Shown one piece after another: positions 23,412-35,794 of a stretch of 64,000 nt of DNA. Numbering within the stretch: position 1 is the first letter of the stretch; each line of letters starts with the position of its first letter. The translations under genes were made by a program, and so were the position numbers. The DNA is taken from positions 3,720,001 through 3,784,000 of the forward strand of contig NC_058383.1 of assembly GCF_018350175.1 (NCBI RefSeq), written 5' to 3'. The DNA comes from Felis catus (taxonomy: Eukaryota). The notes under the pieces are model-generated. The model was given only the letters and a program-made list of their open reading frames with translations. It searched no databases and was not told the origin of the DNA.

Positions 23412-24150
23412 AACATACCTGTTAGGATGGCTTCCACCCAAAGAAAAATAAACACAGAAAACCATAAGTGTTGGCCAGGATGTGAAGAAATTGGAACCCT
23501 CGTTCCAGGCGGGCATGTGAAATTGGTACCGTGGTTGTGGGAAGAGTATGATGCTTCCGCAAAATATTAAAAAGAGAATGACCATACGGTCCTGCAATTC
23601 TCCTTCTGGGTATTCACCCTAAAGAGTAGAAACGACAGCCTCGAAGGGGTATTTTCACACCCATGTTCATGGCAGTGTTACTTGGTGACACTGTTACAGG
23701 CGAGAGCCACCCAGTACCTGTTGACGGATGAACAGATAGGCAAAATATGGCCTATACCTACGTGCCAAAGAATAGAACTCAGCCCTAAAAAGGAAGGAAA
23801 TTCTGACACCCGCTCCAATGCGGATAAACCTTAAGCACGTTGTGCTGAGTGAAACGTCGGTCCCGAAAAGACAAATACTGTGTGATTCTATCACGGAGTG
23901 CCCCTCGATTCAGAGTAGTCAAGTTCAGAGAGACAGAAGATGAAAGGGTGGGTCCTCAGGGCTGGGGAGGCGGGTGGGGAGTCCATATTTAATGGGGGCA
24001 GAGTTCCAGTTTTGCAAGATGAAGAGTTCTAGAGAGGGATGGTGTGATGGCCACACAACAGTGCGAATGCTCTCAGCACCACGGAGTCTTCCTCATAAGA
24101 ACGGCTAAGCTGTTATATGTACTTTATCACAGTCTATAACATCTTTTTAA
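23412..24150 (+). mobile_element. L1MB-like LINE-1 3' end
   Basis: AAGTGTTGGCCAGGATGTGAAGAAATTGGAACCCT; AAAAGGAAGGAAATTCTGACAC; GAGTTCCAGTTTTGCAAGATGAAGAGTTCT. Confidence 0.85.
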
Positions 24151-24428
24151 GTGGGGTGAAGTCACACACTTAAGTCACGATCCCACCGATTCCTGACTCC
24201 CTGGTGACACTCTGCTGGTCTACACCAGAGTAGGGTAGACCATTCTCTTTCCTGTCCCCGGGGTTATCTTCCTTTCCTTATCCTAGTTATTAACCAAACC
24301 CAGTTCGCACGTCAACTTTCCAAAGGCTCTCCCATCTGACCACCTACAGCGTGCTGGGAGAGTTTACCAGTCTCTCTGGAAGCCACCCCTTTGCCCTGTC
24401 CGTATTTCTGTGGTTGTCCTTTCATATC

Positions 24429-24601
24429 TTGAGAGAGAGGGCGCCAGAGAGAGAGAGAGAGAGAATCCCAAGCCGCCCCCCCCCCCCCGACGCTGTCAGT
24501 GCAGAGCTGGATGGGGGCTCGAACTCATGAGCTCATGAGATCATGACCTGAGCCAAAACCAAGAGCTGGACACTCAACTAACTGAGCCAGTCAGATGCCC
24601 C
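24429..24601 (-). mobile_element. SINEC (tail lost)
   Basis: GAGAATCCCAAGC...ATCATGACCTGAGCCAAAACCAAGAG. Confidence 0.88.
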
Positions 24602-25159
24602 ATCCTTTCAAGTACTATTATGGCGACTTGTTTGCTGGTCCACATGTGTCTCCCCGGTAGGCCAGGGCTGTGGTGGGGAGGGTGCATGAAGGAATGATGG
24701 TAACCGGGCAGTTTCTCAGCCATCCAGGGCAGAGAGCAAAGACCCAAATATTTGGAGATGGAATGTATCCCAGTGGGCATATAATGACCATAAACATGCA
24801 CGCTTCATGACTTTGTGGTGTGTATAGCAGAGGGTCCTAGGCTTTAGGCATCTCTAAGGTCTTAGGAAGACTCCAAGGAAAGGCAAACCGGAGGAGATGG
24901 GTGGTTCCTGGCCCAGCTGAGTACTGTGTCCCATGGGGCAGGGGCCCACCAGGACTGGGAATGGTGGGCTGAGTAATGAAAATGCTTTCAAAAGACAGCC
25001 TTAGACACCCATGAACACCTCACCAGACCCAAACCTTAAGGGTACCCGGGCCAGATTCCCAAGAAGAAGAGGCCCTACAGTGAACAGTAAAAAAAGACCA
25101 ATTCAAAGAAAAAGAAAGTGATCCCGTCCAAAGAATATTTAAAAGCCTATTGAAAGGAG

Positions 25160-26620
25160 AGAGATATACAGAAGCAAGAAATGAATTCAGACACAGACCC
25201 ACCTATGGGTAGCCCGTTGATTTATCACCAAGACTCCAAGGCAACCGAAAGGGAAAGAATCACCTTTTCAATAAACAGTGATGGCACAGGTCGATATCCT
25301 TACCTCACACTGTGTACAACAGCAAACTCAAAATGGATCCTAGGCCTAAATGTAAGAATTAAATTCCTAAATGTCTAGAAGGAAAAAAGCATTGAGGAAA
25401 AAAGCCCTGTGACTTTGGGTTAGGCCAAATTGTCTTACGTGTGACAACAAAATCACAATCCTTTTTAAAAGGGATAAATGAGACTTTATCAAAATTAAAA
25501 ACTGTTGCTTTCCAAAAGACACCATTAAGAAAACAAAAAGACAAACCACAGAGAAAATTTGTTGTTGTTTTTGTTTTTTTTTTTTAGAGAGAGAACATGC
25601 AAGCAGAGGGGAGGGGCAGAGGGGAGAGAGAGAGGGAGACAGAATCCCAAACAGGGTCCACACTCAGCACAGAGCCTGATGCAGGGCTCGATCCCACGAC
25701 CCCGGGATCATGACCTGAGCCAAAATCAAGAGCCGGACGTTCAACCAACTGAGCCACCCAGATGCCCCAAGAAGGTATTTTCAAATCATGTATCTGACAA
25801 AGAACCTGCATGATATGTAAGTCCCCTCTAGGAAGCCCATAATAAGAAGACAACCCAATTAGAAATGAGTGAAAGGTTTGAAGAGGCATTTCACCAAAAA
25901 ATAGTTAATAAGCACAAGCAAAAATTCTTGGTATTATTAGTCATCAAGGGGACGCGTGCTAAAACTACTGTGGAACCCCATCACACCTCCTGAGGGAGCT
26001 GTAATCGAGAGGACTGTCAGTTGGCAAGGACTTGGAGGGGCTTCAATTCACACACTGTCAGTAGGAATGTAAAACTTTCCTTTAAATGTTACGCGTACAC
26101 TTATAAGCCAGCAATTTCATTCGTACGTCTCTACCCGAGAGAAATGAAGACATATGTCCACATAGAGACTTGTGCACGAATGTTCGTGGTATTATGACTC
26201 ATAATAGACAACCCATAGGTCCATCAACTGGTGAATAGATAAGCAAAAAGTGATACATCCACACATTGGGCTCTGACTCCCTAATAGAAAGGAAGAAATT
26301 GCTAATATATTAAACAGGACAATTGCAACTCGAAAGCATTATGCTCAACACGAAAGTCTACATGTTGTATAATTTCACTTATATGAAATTTCTAGAAAGG
26401 ATAGCGCTTCAGAGATGGCAGGCAGACCAATAATTGCCTGACTTTGAGGTTAGGAACAGACGCAAGAAAATTTGCGGGGGGTGACAGAATTGTTCTAAAA
26501 CAGGATAACGGGTGGGTGCAGAACATGCTAATTTACTAAAAACCATTGAGCCTGCCCTTACAACAGTTGGGTTTTATGGTATATAAATTATACTTCAATA
26601 AAGCTGTTGAAAAACAAACA
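25160..26620 (+). mobile_element. L1M (MB/ME-like) ORF2 end plus 3' UTR
   Basis: AAACTCAAAATGGATCCTAGGCCTAAATGTAA; GAAATGAAGACATATGTCCACA; ends AAATTATACTTCAATAAAGCTG. Confidence 0.85.
25558..25768 (-). mobile_element. SINEC inside the L1
   Basis: Antisense body ending GAGCCACCCAGATGCCCC. Confidence 0.92.
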
Positions 26621-26624
26621 AACA

Positions 26625-26920
26625 TGTTCTATACGTTACCCAGAAACTCTGCACCCAACAATCGATCCTTAATACACCTTAGCAAAAATGCAAAATGGCC
26701 ATGCGTTAATCTATTTACTGTAACATTTTTTGTATACGCAAAAGACTGGAAACAACCCAAATGTCCATGAGTAGGGGACTGAGTCCTACTGTGGTAGACC
26801 CCTAAAATGGAGCATTTGGACGCTGTAAAAAGGCACGAAGCGGATTATAACATAATCTGTACAACAAATTCCCAAAAATACTGTTAACTGAGAAAAATAA
26901 AGCTGTAAAAGAGTTCGATA
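26625..26920 (+). mobile_element. Old L1 3' fragment
   Basis: GCAAAAGACTGGAAACAACCCAAATGTCCA. Confidence 0.6.
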
Positions 26921-27399
26921 GTAGAGGAGTCTAAGAACAGGGGGTAGTAACGTATTTAAATATGTGTTTGCCTAGCCTTTCGGTAAAGAGACCTGTGCAG
27001 TCTGTATGTATTTTAAAATTTGCTTACAGGAGAGCCTCTCGCTGGTGCCCCTTCAGCCTGGAACGGCGGGGTGGCCGCCACCTTGTTAAATTCTGTGACG
27101 GTGACGGCTGTCACAGCTTCCCTGTGTAAGACTTACGGCCACCAAAAAGAGGAGTCTCCTCAACCTCGTCACCTGGGGGTCAAGGAGACGGGGTTCGGGG
27201 AGGAAAGCGGACCTCGGCGCTGTGCTGGTCAGTGCTTCTCGCCTGGCCCCCCAAGAGGAAAACCCTGACTGGCGGTGTTGGCCGGCTTCCATGGTGCCGG
27301 TGCTCCCATCAGAGCCGACTCCACGCTGACATCGTGACATCCCCGAGCCCGGCCACGATCGGCTCTCCTGGGATCCAGACCAGCTCCAGCACATGGCTG

Positions 27400-28400
27400 G
27401 CGACGAGCTACCGTCTCGCACCTCTAACTGGCAAATCAAAAAGCCTGACGACACCGGGGCCTTAATAGAAAGATGCATTAAAACGTGCAAGCTCTGTAAA
27501 TTGGTCCTGCGCCTTGGAGAGCGCTGTGGCTTGATCTGGTACGGCACACGCACGCTGCGGTCCAAAACTGCAGGCTTCCACCAGGAGATGTACAGGCATC
27601 TTTGCAACACTGTTGGTAAGAACAGAAAAGTGGACGGGGCGCCTGGGTGGCTCAGTCGGTTCAGCGTCCGACTTCGGCTCAGGTCACGATCTCGCCGTTC
27701 TCGATTCCCAAGTTTGAGCCCTGCGTCAGACTCTGTGCTGACAGCTCAGAGCCTAGAGCCTGTTTCAGATTCTGTGTCTCCCTCACTCTCTCTCCGCCCT
27801 CCCCCACTTGTGCTCTGTCTCTCTCTCTCTCTCTCTCAAAAATAAATAGACATTAATTAAAAAAAAAAAGTGGAAACCTAAATGTCCATCAGTAGGGAAA
27901 AAATTATAAATAAATCATAGAATAGTCATTCGACAGAAAGAAGAATGCCGTCCAGCATTTACAATTAGTAAGCTAATATATGTGTCAAGATGTCTGTGGC
28001 TTGGAAAACACAACATTGAATGAGAAATCAATCTCTAGGATATTATGCATAACGAATAACTTGTGTAAAAGTTGAAAATGCATGAAATGATAGTCTGCAA
28101 TATGGTATAGAAATACATATTCATTGAAACGTGATGAAATCATTTTAAATAGAGTAGGCAAACACATAACAAATTTATGATGATACTGCCTCCGGGGAGC
28201 AAAAATGAGAGATTGAAACTGGGGAAGGGTACAGAGGGTACTTTGTCTCTATCGCATTATCCTGAGGCCCTTAAATATTAGAAAATATTGATCTGAAATC
28301 AAAACAACACATTAATGGTTTAAATTCTGGGTTCTGAGCAGTAGGGTGTGGTGCTGGCTACCTTTGCCCTTGTTTTTCAATATTTCAAAACCTCCTTCCA
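27400..28400 (+). mobile_element. L1ME-like fragments split by a SINE
   Basis: TGGCAAATCAAAAAGCCTGAC; GGAAACCTAAATGTCCATCAGTAGGG. Confidence 0.55.
27636..27869 (+). mobile_element. SINEC
   Basis: Full body; AAAAGTGGA on both flanks. Confidence 0.94.
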
Positions 28401-28416
28401 AACACTGAGGCACCTC

Positions 28417-28625
28417 TTTTGTTTTTAAAAAAAAATTAATGTTTATCTTTGAGAGAGAGAGGCAGAGTGTGAGCGGCGGAGGAGCAGAGAAGGACAGAAT
28501 CGGAAGCAGCTCCAGGCTCCGAGCTGTCAGCACAGAGCCCGACATGGGGCTCGAACCCACGAACTGTGAGATCGTGACCTGAGCCGAAGTCGGACGCTGA
28601 ACCGACTGAGCTACCCAGGCGTCCC
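28417..28625 (-). mobile_element. SINEC
   Basis: Antisense body; GCACCT on both flanks. Confidence 0.93.
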
Positions 28626-29024
28626 AAAGCACCTTTTTTATGACCGAGATTGTCGATTCTGTCACCGTACACTGGCAGGTCCCGCGGGCCAGACATCCAG
28701 CTGGAGAAATGCCAGTAGAACACCCTCACCAGGGCACCTCCCACACAGGTGGCATGGGACCACGGAGGGCACGGCTTCATGCCCCCTCTCCTGACTTCCT
28801 CCTCCCAAAACCTGGCGGCATCTCATGAAAGTGCCTATGGGGACATCTGTCACACTGTATATACACTAAAGACGTTGCATTAATAATAATAACGAGACCC
28901 CCTGAGTAGGAACACACTTGGCTCAGTTCTGCATTCCTGGGCCCTGGGTGCACCGCCGCGAGCACGCTGATTTTGAACGAATCGTGAATGAAGGAATCAT
29001 CTGTTCTGCGTGGCCACCTTCTAA

Positions 29025-29345
29025 TGCAGTGGTCTGGAGGCTCGTGTCCCCTCCGCCCAGATTCACAGGTTGAAAGCCTACCCCCACAGTGGTGGTGCTA
29101 AGAGGAGGGCCGTGAGGGTGGAGCCCTGAGGACTGGGGTTCACGCTCTTAGAAAAGACGCCCCCGCCAGCTCCCTTCTGCTCCCGCCACGTGAGGTGCCA
29201 GGGGGCGAGCCAGCAAGTGGCCTCGCCAGACACCGAATCCGCCGAAGTCTTGATCCTCGACGTCTGGCCCCAGAACGGAAGAAATGCACGCCTGCTGTGT
29301 ATATGCCGGCCCGTCCGTGCCATTTTGTTGCAGCAGCCAGCGTGC
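29025..29345 (+). mobile_element. MaLR LTR (MLT1A-like)
   Basis: GATTCACAGGTTGAAAGCCTACCCCC...GAGGGTGGAGCCC...CCAGACACCGAATCCGCC...CTTGATCCTCGAC...ATTTTGTTGCAGCAGCC. Confidence 0.75.
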
Positions 29346-29903
29346 GCGGAGGCAGGTGCGGGTGCAGAGGCCACGCCACTCTGCCAACAGGCCAGTTAAA
29401 TAATCATTAGTTCCAGTTCTGGCTTAATGACGCAAGCTTCTTGAAAGCCACCGGGATCAGGAGGGTCGAGCTTTGGCCAGTGTGGCCGCGGCCATGACAA
29501 CGTGGTCTGGCTCTAAGCCCAGCGTTTCCTTCTCGTTCTTAACTCAAGATAAGTCTGTTCGCCAAAACTGCAAGACACGAGGCCCAGAAACTTCCATCAC
29601 TCTCGTCTCAATGTCAGAGACAGAGACATCCCTCCACAAAAATAGGACGGTAGTGTGGACTTAAGGTGTGCCCACAGAATGGGGGCCGAGGGGGGCCCAA
29701 GAAAGGACAATGCAAGGGACGGGCAGGTGTCACAGCAGGACATACGTCCTGATGCAGATTAGTAAAGAGTGTTCCAGGAAAACCGTCTTCTTCACATCAC
29801 AGAGTCAGGCGTGGGGGAAGAACTGAACCCCAGAAAGTATCTTCAGGAATCCAGGGACTGAGTCATTCAGCAAGCTGGCTCTTCAGCAAATAGATCTGTG
29901 CTA

Positions 29904-30121
29904 GGGGCGCCGGGGTGGCTCAGTCGGTTGAGCGTCTGACTTCGGCTCAGGTCACGATCTCGCGGTCCGTGCGTTCGAGCCCCGCGTCGGGCCCTGTGCT
30001 GACAGCTCGGAGCCTGGAGCCTGTTTCAGATTCTGTGTCTCCCTCTCTCTCTGCCCCTCCCCTGCTCATGCTCTGTGTCTGTCTCAAAAATAAGTAAACG
30101 TTTAAAAAAACTTAAAAAAAA
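29904..30121 (+). mobile_element. SINEC (felid type)
   Basis: Full body; exact 14-bp TSD AAATAGATCTGTGC. Confidence 0.97.
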
Positions 30122-30229
30122 AAATAGATCTGTGCCAAACCAGGCAACTTGCGTCACTTCTGCAGCCGACAAGAGCCTGCGCAGCAAGTACGAATCTCAG
30201 CCAGCACTCTAGGTGGCTCGGTGGTGTCT

Positions 30230-30430
30230 CATATCACAGGAGAGCGTCAACTGCATTAACGTCCTCAACCTCACAGAAACCCCACTATAGGTGCCATTAT
30301 CATCCCTGTATCACAGATGGGGAAACTGAGGCTCCCCAGCATTGAATAACTAGATCCCCCAGCTTTCAGGTGGCCGAGCTGGCTAATGAATCCAGGGAGA
30401 CTCTGCCCCTCAACGAGCACAGCCCACTGG
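30230..30430 (-). mobile_element. MIR
   Basis: ATTATCATCCCTGTATCACAGATGGGGAAACTGAGGCTC. Confidence 0.8.
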
Positions 30431-30504
30431 CGCCAGGAACCTCGATGTCCCAACACAACTGCTGGGATCCTGCCCTTTAATGTGTGTGCACACATCCCGT
30501 ACAT

Positions 30505-30507
<3 letters not shown>

Positions 30508-30548
<41 letters not shown>

Positions 30549-30623
30549 ATACACAAACGTACCCATGATGCACATACACCCTTTTACACACACACACACC
30601 TGTAAACAAACACTCACCTGGAT

Positions 30624-30672
<49 letters not shown>

Positions 30673-30688
30673 ACAACCACCACCACCA
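30508..30688. repeat. Compound (CA)n microsatellite with a (CAC)n end
   Basis: Two long pure CA runs plus degenerate spacer. Confidence 0.95.
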
Positions 30689-30689
30689 T

Positions 30690-30800
30690 GGAATTTTGTG
30701 AGCTGGATGCCAAACCAGCTTGAAATGGACCACAATGGGAGTATTTATGTCACAGAAATACACGATAAATCTGGTCTTTTCTGAGAGAGCGACAACGTTG
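30690..30800. mobile_element. MER63/Blackjack-like hAT fragment
   Basis: TTTGTGAGCTGG...GGGAGTATTTATGTCACAGAAAT. Confidence 0.45.
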
Positions 30801-31106
30801 CTTTACCTCACTAGATATGGGTAGATAGAGAAATATTTATATTATTCTATTTATTATTTATATTTCTATTTATTATTTATATCAGTTCTGTGTGAATATA
30901 TTCAACTTTCCTCTCTTTGGCCACTGAGAGAAGATGAAGAGGGGTGGAGGGAGGGGCACCCCCACTGGCTGTGAGCAGCCCAGCCCCACACTCCACCCCT
31001 CCCTCGGCCTCACCAAACCCCAGCACATCTGTAACCACCGTGATCTAGAAATATCCTACATGACTTCAAGTCCATAGACTGGAGTACAGAAATATTCATG
31101 TATACT

Positions 31107-31332
31107 TTTTTTTAATAAATATTTTTTAAGTTCGTTTATTTATTTTGAGAGAGAGAGCCAAGCAGGTGAGGGGCAGAGAGAGAGAGAGAGGGAGAGAGAG
31201 AGGGAATCCCAAGCGGGTTCCATGCTGTCAGCACAGAGCCTGATGTGGGTTCGAACTCACAGATCATGAGATCGTGACCTGAGCCCAAATCAAGAGACAG
31301 ACACTTAATGGACTGAGCCACCCAGGCTCCCC
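31107..31332 (-). mobile_element. SINEC
   Basis: Antisense full body. Confidence 0.93.
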
Positions 31333-31345
31333 AATCTTCTGCATA

Positions 31346-31561
31346 TTTTTTAATTTTTTTTAATGTTTATTTATTTTTGAGAGAGACAGAGACAGAACAC
31401 GAGCAGGGATGGGGCAGAGAGAGAGGGAGACACAGAACCCAAAACAGGCTCCAGGCTCCGAGCTGTCAGCAGAGCCCGACACAGGAATTGAACTCATGAG
31501 CCGTGAGATCATGTCCTGAGCTGAAGTCGGTACTCAACTGACTGAGCCAGCCAAGCGCCCC
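31346..31561 (-). mobile_element. SINEC
   Basis: Antisense full body; TCTTCTG(C/T)AT on both flanks. Confidence 0.93.
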
Positions 31562-32796
31562 TCTTCTGTATTTTTTTACTGAAAGAAAAATCTTGGCTGA
31601 ATGTTAAAACATAAAACAAACAAACCCCACACTTGCAGAGAAAGTAAGAAAAGTTGAACAGAAATGGTTTCCCCACCGATGGCCCCATAGCCCACTTTTC
31701 AAAATGACATATTTAATCCAAAATTTCAATAAGGGATTTGGGGCTTTTAATGAAAAGTGAATCACGTGGGAAAGAGGTAATGACATGCATTGATGGGCAA
31801 ACATTACAAGGGCTTGAAATAATGCATTTTATGCAGTTAAAGGGGATGTAAGGAGGGGAAATGGAGAAGAAGGGTAATCACGAGACAGAAAGCCATGCTG
31901 GGGGTCCCTGGACACCGATGGCCGCAGATCAGTGACGCCCTACAGGTCTCCCGGCCTGACTCACATTCGACCTGGTGACTCATGGGATCCAGGAAGGGAA
32001 GGCTCCAGAGGCTTTCGCTAGAGGGCTTCATCCCAAGGGGCTCTCGACAGAGACCGTCCACACCACAGGGGCCTCATCCTAGCAAGCCTGTCAGGTGGAA
32101 GTTTCCAGAACTCAGCCCCACATTGCTTTATAAAACATTTTGCATCAAAATCACAAAATCCCTGGGAGAAGAAAGAAAACATATTACTAATCTAAATGTA
32201 ACGAGCCCTGCCCCTAATGAGGACAGAACTGACCCGGAGCAGATGAAATGCGACTTACTACCTGTCACCACAGGGGTTAGTGACGTCTTACGGAAAAGGA
32301 GAGAGGACAGAGGAAATATTGAGACGGAGAATTTCAAGTCTCTCTCGAACTGTCTGCGAGTACCGTAGAGTCCGAACATCTTAGCCTGTCTGTGAAGACC
32401 ACATAACCCCGTTCTTTCTGACGTGTTTGGTGGGACGTGGGTTGTCTAAATCTCATAACCGTCTGAATTCTTACCTCCAGGGCCACGTGGGAAAACGGAT
32501 GCTGAGGGAAAGCCAGCGTGGCCTGCATGCTCTGAACCCCCAGTTACCACCCTGTTCACTGATCTCAGGAGCCCTGCTAGATTTCCAGGGGATTTAGGAA
32601 ATTAAGACACCAGTGACCTCTTTCAGTCTAGCAGATTTCCATAAGTCTGAGACGTGTTTGTTGATTGAGAAAGTGATGGACGGGTGAATGAATGAATGAC
32701 AAGGGAGACGCCCTCCAGTCGTCCACCGCAAACGGACAAGAGGGGACAGTGTCACCTCTCCAAAAAAGATGGAGCTAATATTAAAACACATGCTCT

Positions 32797-32919
32797 GGGG
32801 CGCCTGGGTGGCTCAGTCGGTTAAGCGTCCGACTCTTGGTTTCCACTCAGGTCATGATCTCACAGTTCATGAGTTCCAGCCCCGGTCTGGCTCTGTGCTG
32901 ACAGCATGAAGCCTGGTTA

Positions 32920-32975
<56 letters not shown>

Positions 32976-33052
32976 CCCCTCCCCCCCTCACACTGTTTCT
33001 GTCTCTCTCAAAATAAACTTAAAAAAAGAATACAGTTATTTTAAAAATAAAT
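32797..33052 (+). mobile_element. SINEC with long (CT)n
   Basis: Full body; TSD TAAAACAC(A/T)TGCTC. Confidence 0.95.
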
Positions 33053-33620
33053 AAAACACTTGCTCCGAGTGTTCACTTCTGTCACTTAAATAAATAACAA
33101 CAAAACTACCCGTCGCTGAGTTCCGGCTGTGATTTTGATGTTTTCACTGTGCAAAACAGGGCCCCAGAATTGTGAGTGTGGGGGGTGCGTCCACGAAGGA
33201 GTTGATCTGGGAAAAATGGAAAGGAAATTATTGTTGTCGGGTTTTTTTTGTTTTGTTTTTTGTTTTTTTTTCGGAGTAAGGAAGTCCAGGAAGTTCTTAG
33301 GCGGTAATTGGGCACTGAGGGCCTGAGCGGGAGAAGCGGGATTTCAGAAACAAGGCTCAGGTCAGGTCTGCAGGAAAGGAAACCCAAAGCCTAGAGCCTC
33401 CTGTAGTAGAGACCCTGGCTGCTGGCCTTCTGGTGGCGAGCGCCTAACCTTCTGCGCAGGGGCCCGGCCTGGGGCGAAGGATCACAGCTGGATTAGCCTC
33501 AACAGCCCCACCAGCATTCCGTCTGTGTGTCCGCGAGTCTATTGCATTCAGTTACATTAACTTCCTAGTAATTTTGCCAAAGCATCTCTTTTCTAGCGTA
33601 TCAGTGATTCTCCCTTTGTG

Positions 33621-33622
<2 letters not shown>

Positions 33623-33666
<44 letters not shown>
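33623..33666. repeat. (AC)n microsatellite
   Basis: Direct reading. Confidence 0.97.
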
Positions 33667-33668
<2 letters not shown>

Positions 33669-34739
33669 CATTGGGAGGTTGAGACTTGAAATCAATAGAC
33701 AAGCACCATTTCACCTCAGTTACACTCCCTCCCTGCTCAAGTCAGCCCCGGGGCGCCTGCTGAGAAGGTGCCCGAAGTAAAGCAGAGAGCCCTGGTTCAA
33801 CCTCTCAACACCCAAAAGACGTCACAGGTGCCAGAGGGTGAGTTAGAGCCGTGGAAATAACGGGGGGGGGGGGGGGCAATGCTTGAGAGACTGCAAGTGT
33901 GTGCAAACTCCCCAAAGGTGAATCTCGGGCTGCCCGGGAAACTCAAGTTCCAGAACCATCCAGGGAAACAACAAGGCTCCTTAAGAGCATGTGCCAGGAA
34001 TAGAACTGCCTGACTCGAGCACACCGAGCTTAACGAGCCTCTACCAGGGTCCCCCTGGACGCGCTTCTCCCAATCCCAAGTACGATTGTGCCTCCCTGGG
34101 AATCTGCACCTGCCAGGAAAGAAAAAAGCCTCTCGAGGATGCTTACAAGTTGGAAGAGGAAGTCCTGGGCTAAAGCAGCCAGAGGGCCGGGCTGCCAGCT
34201 GAGGGGACACCTGAGACTCCTCGCAGCAGACAAGAGAGCCCTGGGCTACACCTGGCCACTGCTGGGTGGGGCCTCCGGCACCATTTCTGGAAAGTCTGAA
34301 ACCCCAGAACCTCCCCCCGCGAAAGGGAGCATTTTTACTACGGAACTAAGCTGGGATTTGCAACCATACGCAGCAAAAGAGGGGGTTCAGACAGCACTCA
34401 CCCAGCAGTAATAGCCCAGGGGGAGTTCTCTTCTACGCAAAAAGGGGGGAAATGTCTTTTTGTTCCTGTGATGGTTAATTTTATGGGTCCCCTTGGCCAA
34501 GCCGCTGCCCAGTTTTTGGTCAGCTGGCCAGATGAGCACCCCCACCCCCACACCGTGGCGAGCGATGAGCTCTACACAAGCCTACAGACCTTCCTACGAT
34601 TGTATGCTTAAACTAGCCCCCGAGCAGAATCACATTCAGGTGTGCAAGCTCTTAAAGGAAAAAAAAAAAAGTACCATGATGCATCTCTTCTCAGAAAGCT
34701 CCAGACGTGAGGCAAAGGGTGAGTTAAGCAACCTTCCCG

Positions 34740-34852
34740 TGAGAAGCACTCCGCCGTGTATGCACGTAGCTGGGCGGCCGCGTTGTGCACCTGACGCCTT
34801 CACAGTGTCCTTTGTAAGTTACATCTCAGTAAGCCTGGGAATAAATAAAAAT
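34740..34852 (+). mobile_element. L1MA/L1_Carn-like extreme 3' end fragment
   Basis: GTTGTGCACCTGA...GTAAGTTACATCTCAGTAAGCCTGGGAATAAATAAAA. Confidence 0.45.
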
Positions 34853-34945
34853 AAGAAGGTGCCCTCTACCAACACGAGGGAAGAAACCAAGAAAGGGAAA
34901 GCCCCCAGGTCGAGGGACAGGTAAACCAAGGTGAGGCTGAGCTTT

Positions 34946-34968
34946 GCTGATTGGTCGCGGACGTCACA
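34946..34968 (-). promoter_or_regulatory. Candidate NF-Y CCAAT box next to a CRE/ATF-like site
   Basis: Minus strand reads TGTGACGTCCGCGACCAATCAGC. Confidence 0.35.
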
Positions 34969-35564
34969 TCATCATTTTTGAGGCCTTCCCTTGGGCCAGG
35001 TAATGATTTTTGGCCAGCGGTGAAGCCAGGGTTGTGGAAAAACCCGCTTGCTGCCCGCTTTCCCGGGTAAAATTAATGAGCTTGTCTTATCGTCAGAGAC
35101 CCAGAGTGGCTCCAGGGAGCAGTCGGCCCGGAGCCCACCCCACGCCCCTCGCGGCACCAACAGGGAGCAGAAGGTAGTTGGAGAGCAGAGTCTATGCCAG
35201 AGCTCGGCTGGTGCTGCCCCACAAGGAACGGGCACCTCTGTCCCTGTGCTCGGGTGGTCGGCCCGTTCAGTCCCATGGCGGGGGGCATTGTAGTTCAGGC
35301 ACACAGCAGTGTCCCCAAAGAGGGATGTCTCGGGTCCCGGGGGGTGGGGGGGTGGGCAGGAATCTTTCAGGTCAAGATCGTCTCTGTCTTGCATTTTGTG
35401 TTACTCAGCATCGTCCCTTGTATGACATCCACCGAGAAAGTCTTTTTATAGTTTAAAACCAGAAAATGACAAACGAGCAGCTTTATTCCCCACTAAATAA
35501 CGTGACTCGGGCAGTGCTATTTCCCTCACTGCCCAGACCACTAGGCTTTCCGGTGCAAGTTTTA

Positions 35565-35794
35565 TTTTTTTTTTTTTAATTTTTTTTTTCAACGTTTTTA
35601 TTTATTTTTGGGACAGAGAGAGACAGAGCATGAAAGGGGGAGGGGCAGAGAGAGAGGGAGACACAGAATCGGAAACAGGCTCCAGGCTCCGAGCCATCAG
35701 CCCAGAGCCTGACGCGGGGCTCGAACTCACAGACCGCGAGATCGTGACCTGGCTGAAGTCGGACGCTTAACCGACTGTGCCACCCAGGCGCCCC
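35565..35794 (-). mobile_element. Young felid SINEC
   Basis: Exact 18-bp TSD TTTCCGGTGCAAGTTTTA (35547, 35796); CpGs retained. Confidence 0.98.

Noticed and set aside
29195..29208. CTCF-like GTGCCAGGGGGCGA
   Set aside because: Lacks the leading CC of the core and lies inside an MLT1A LTR.
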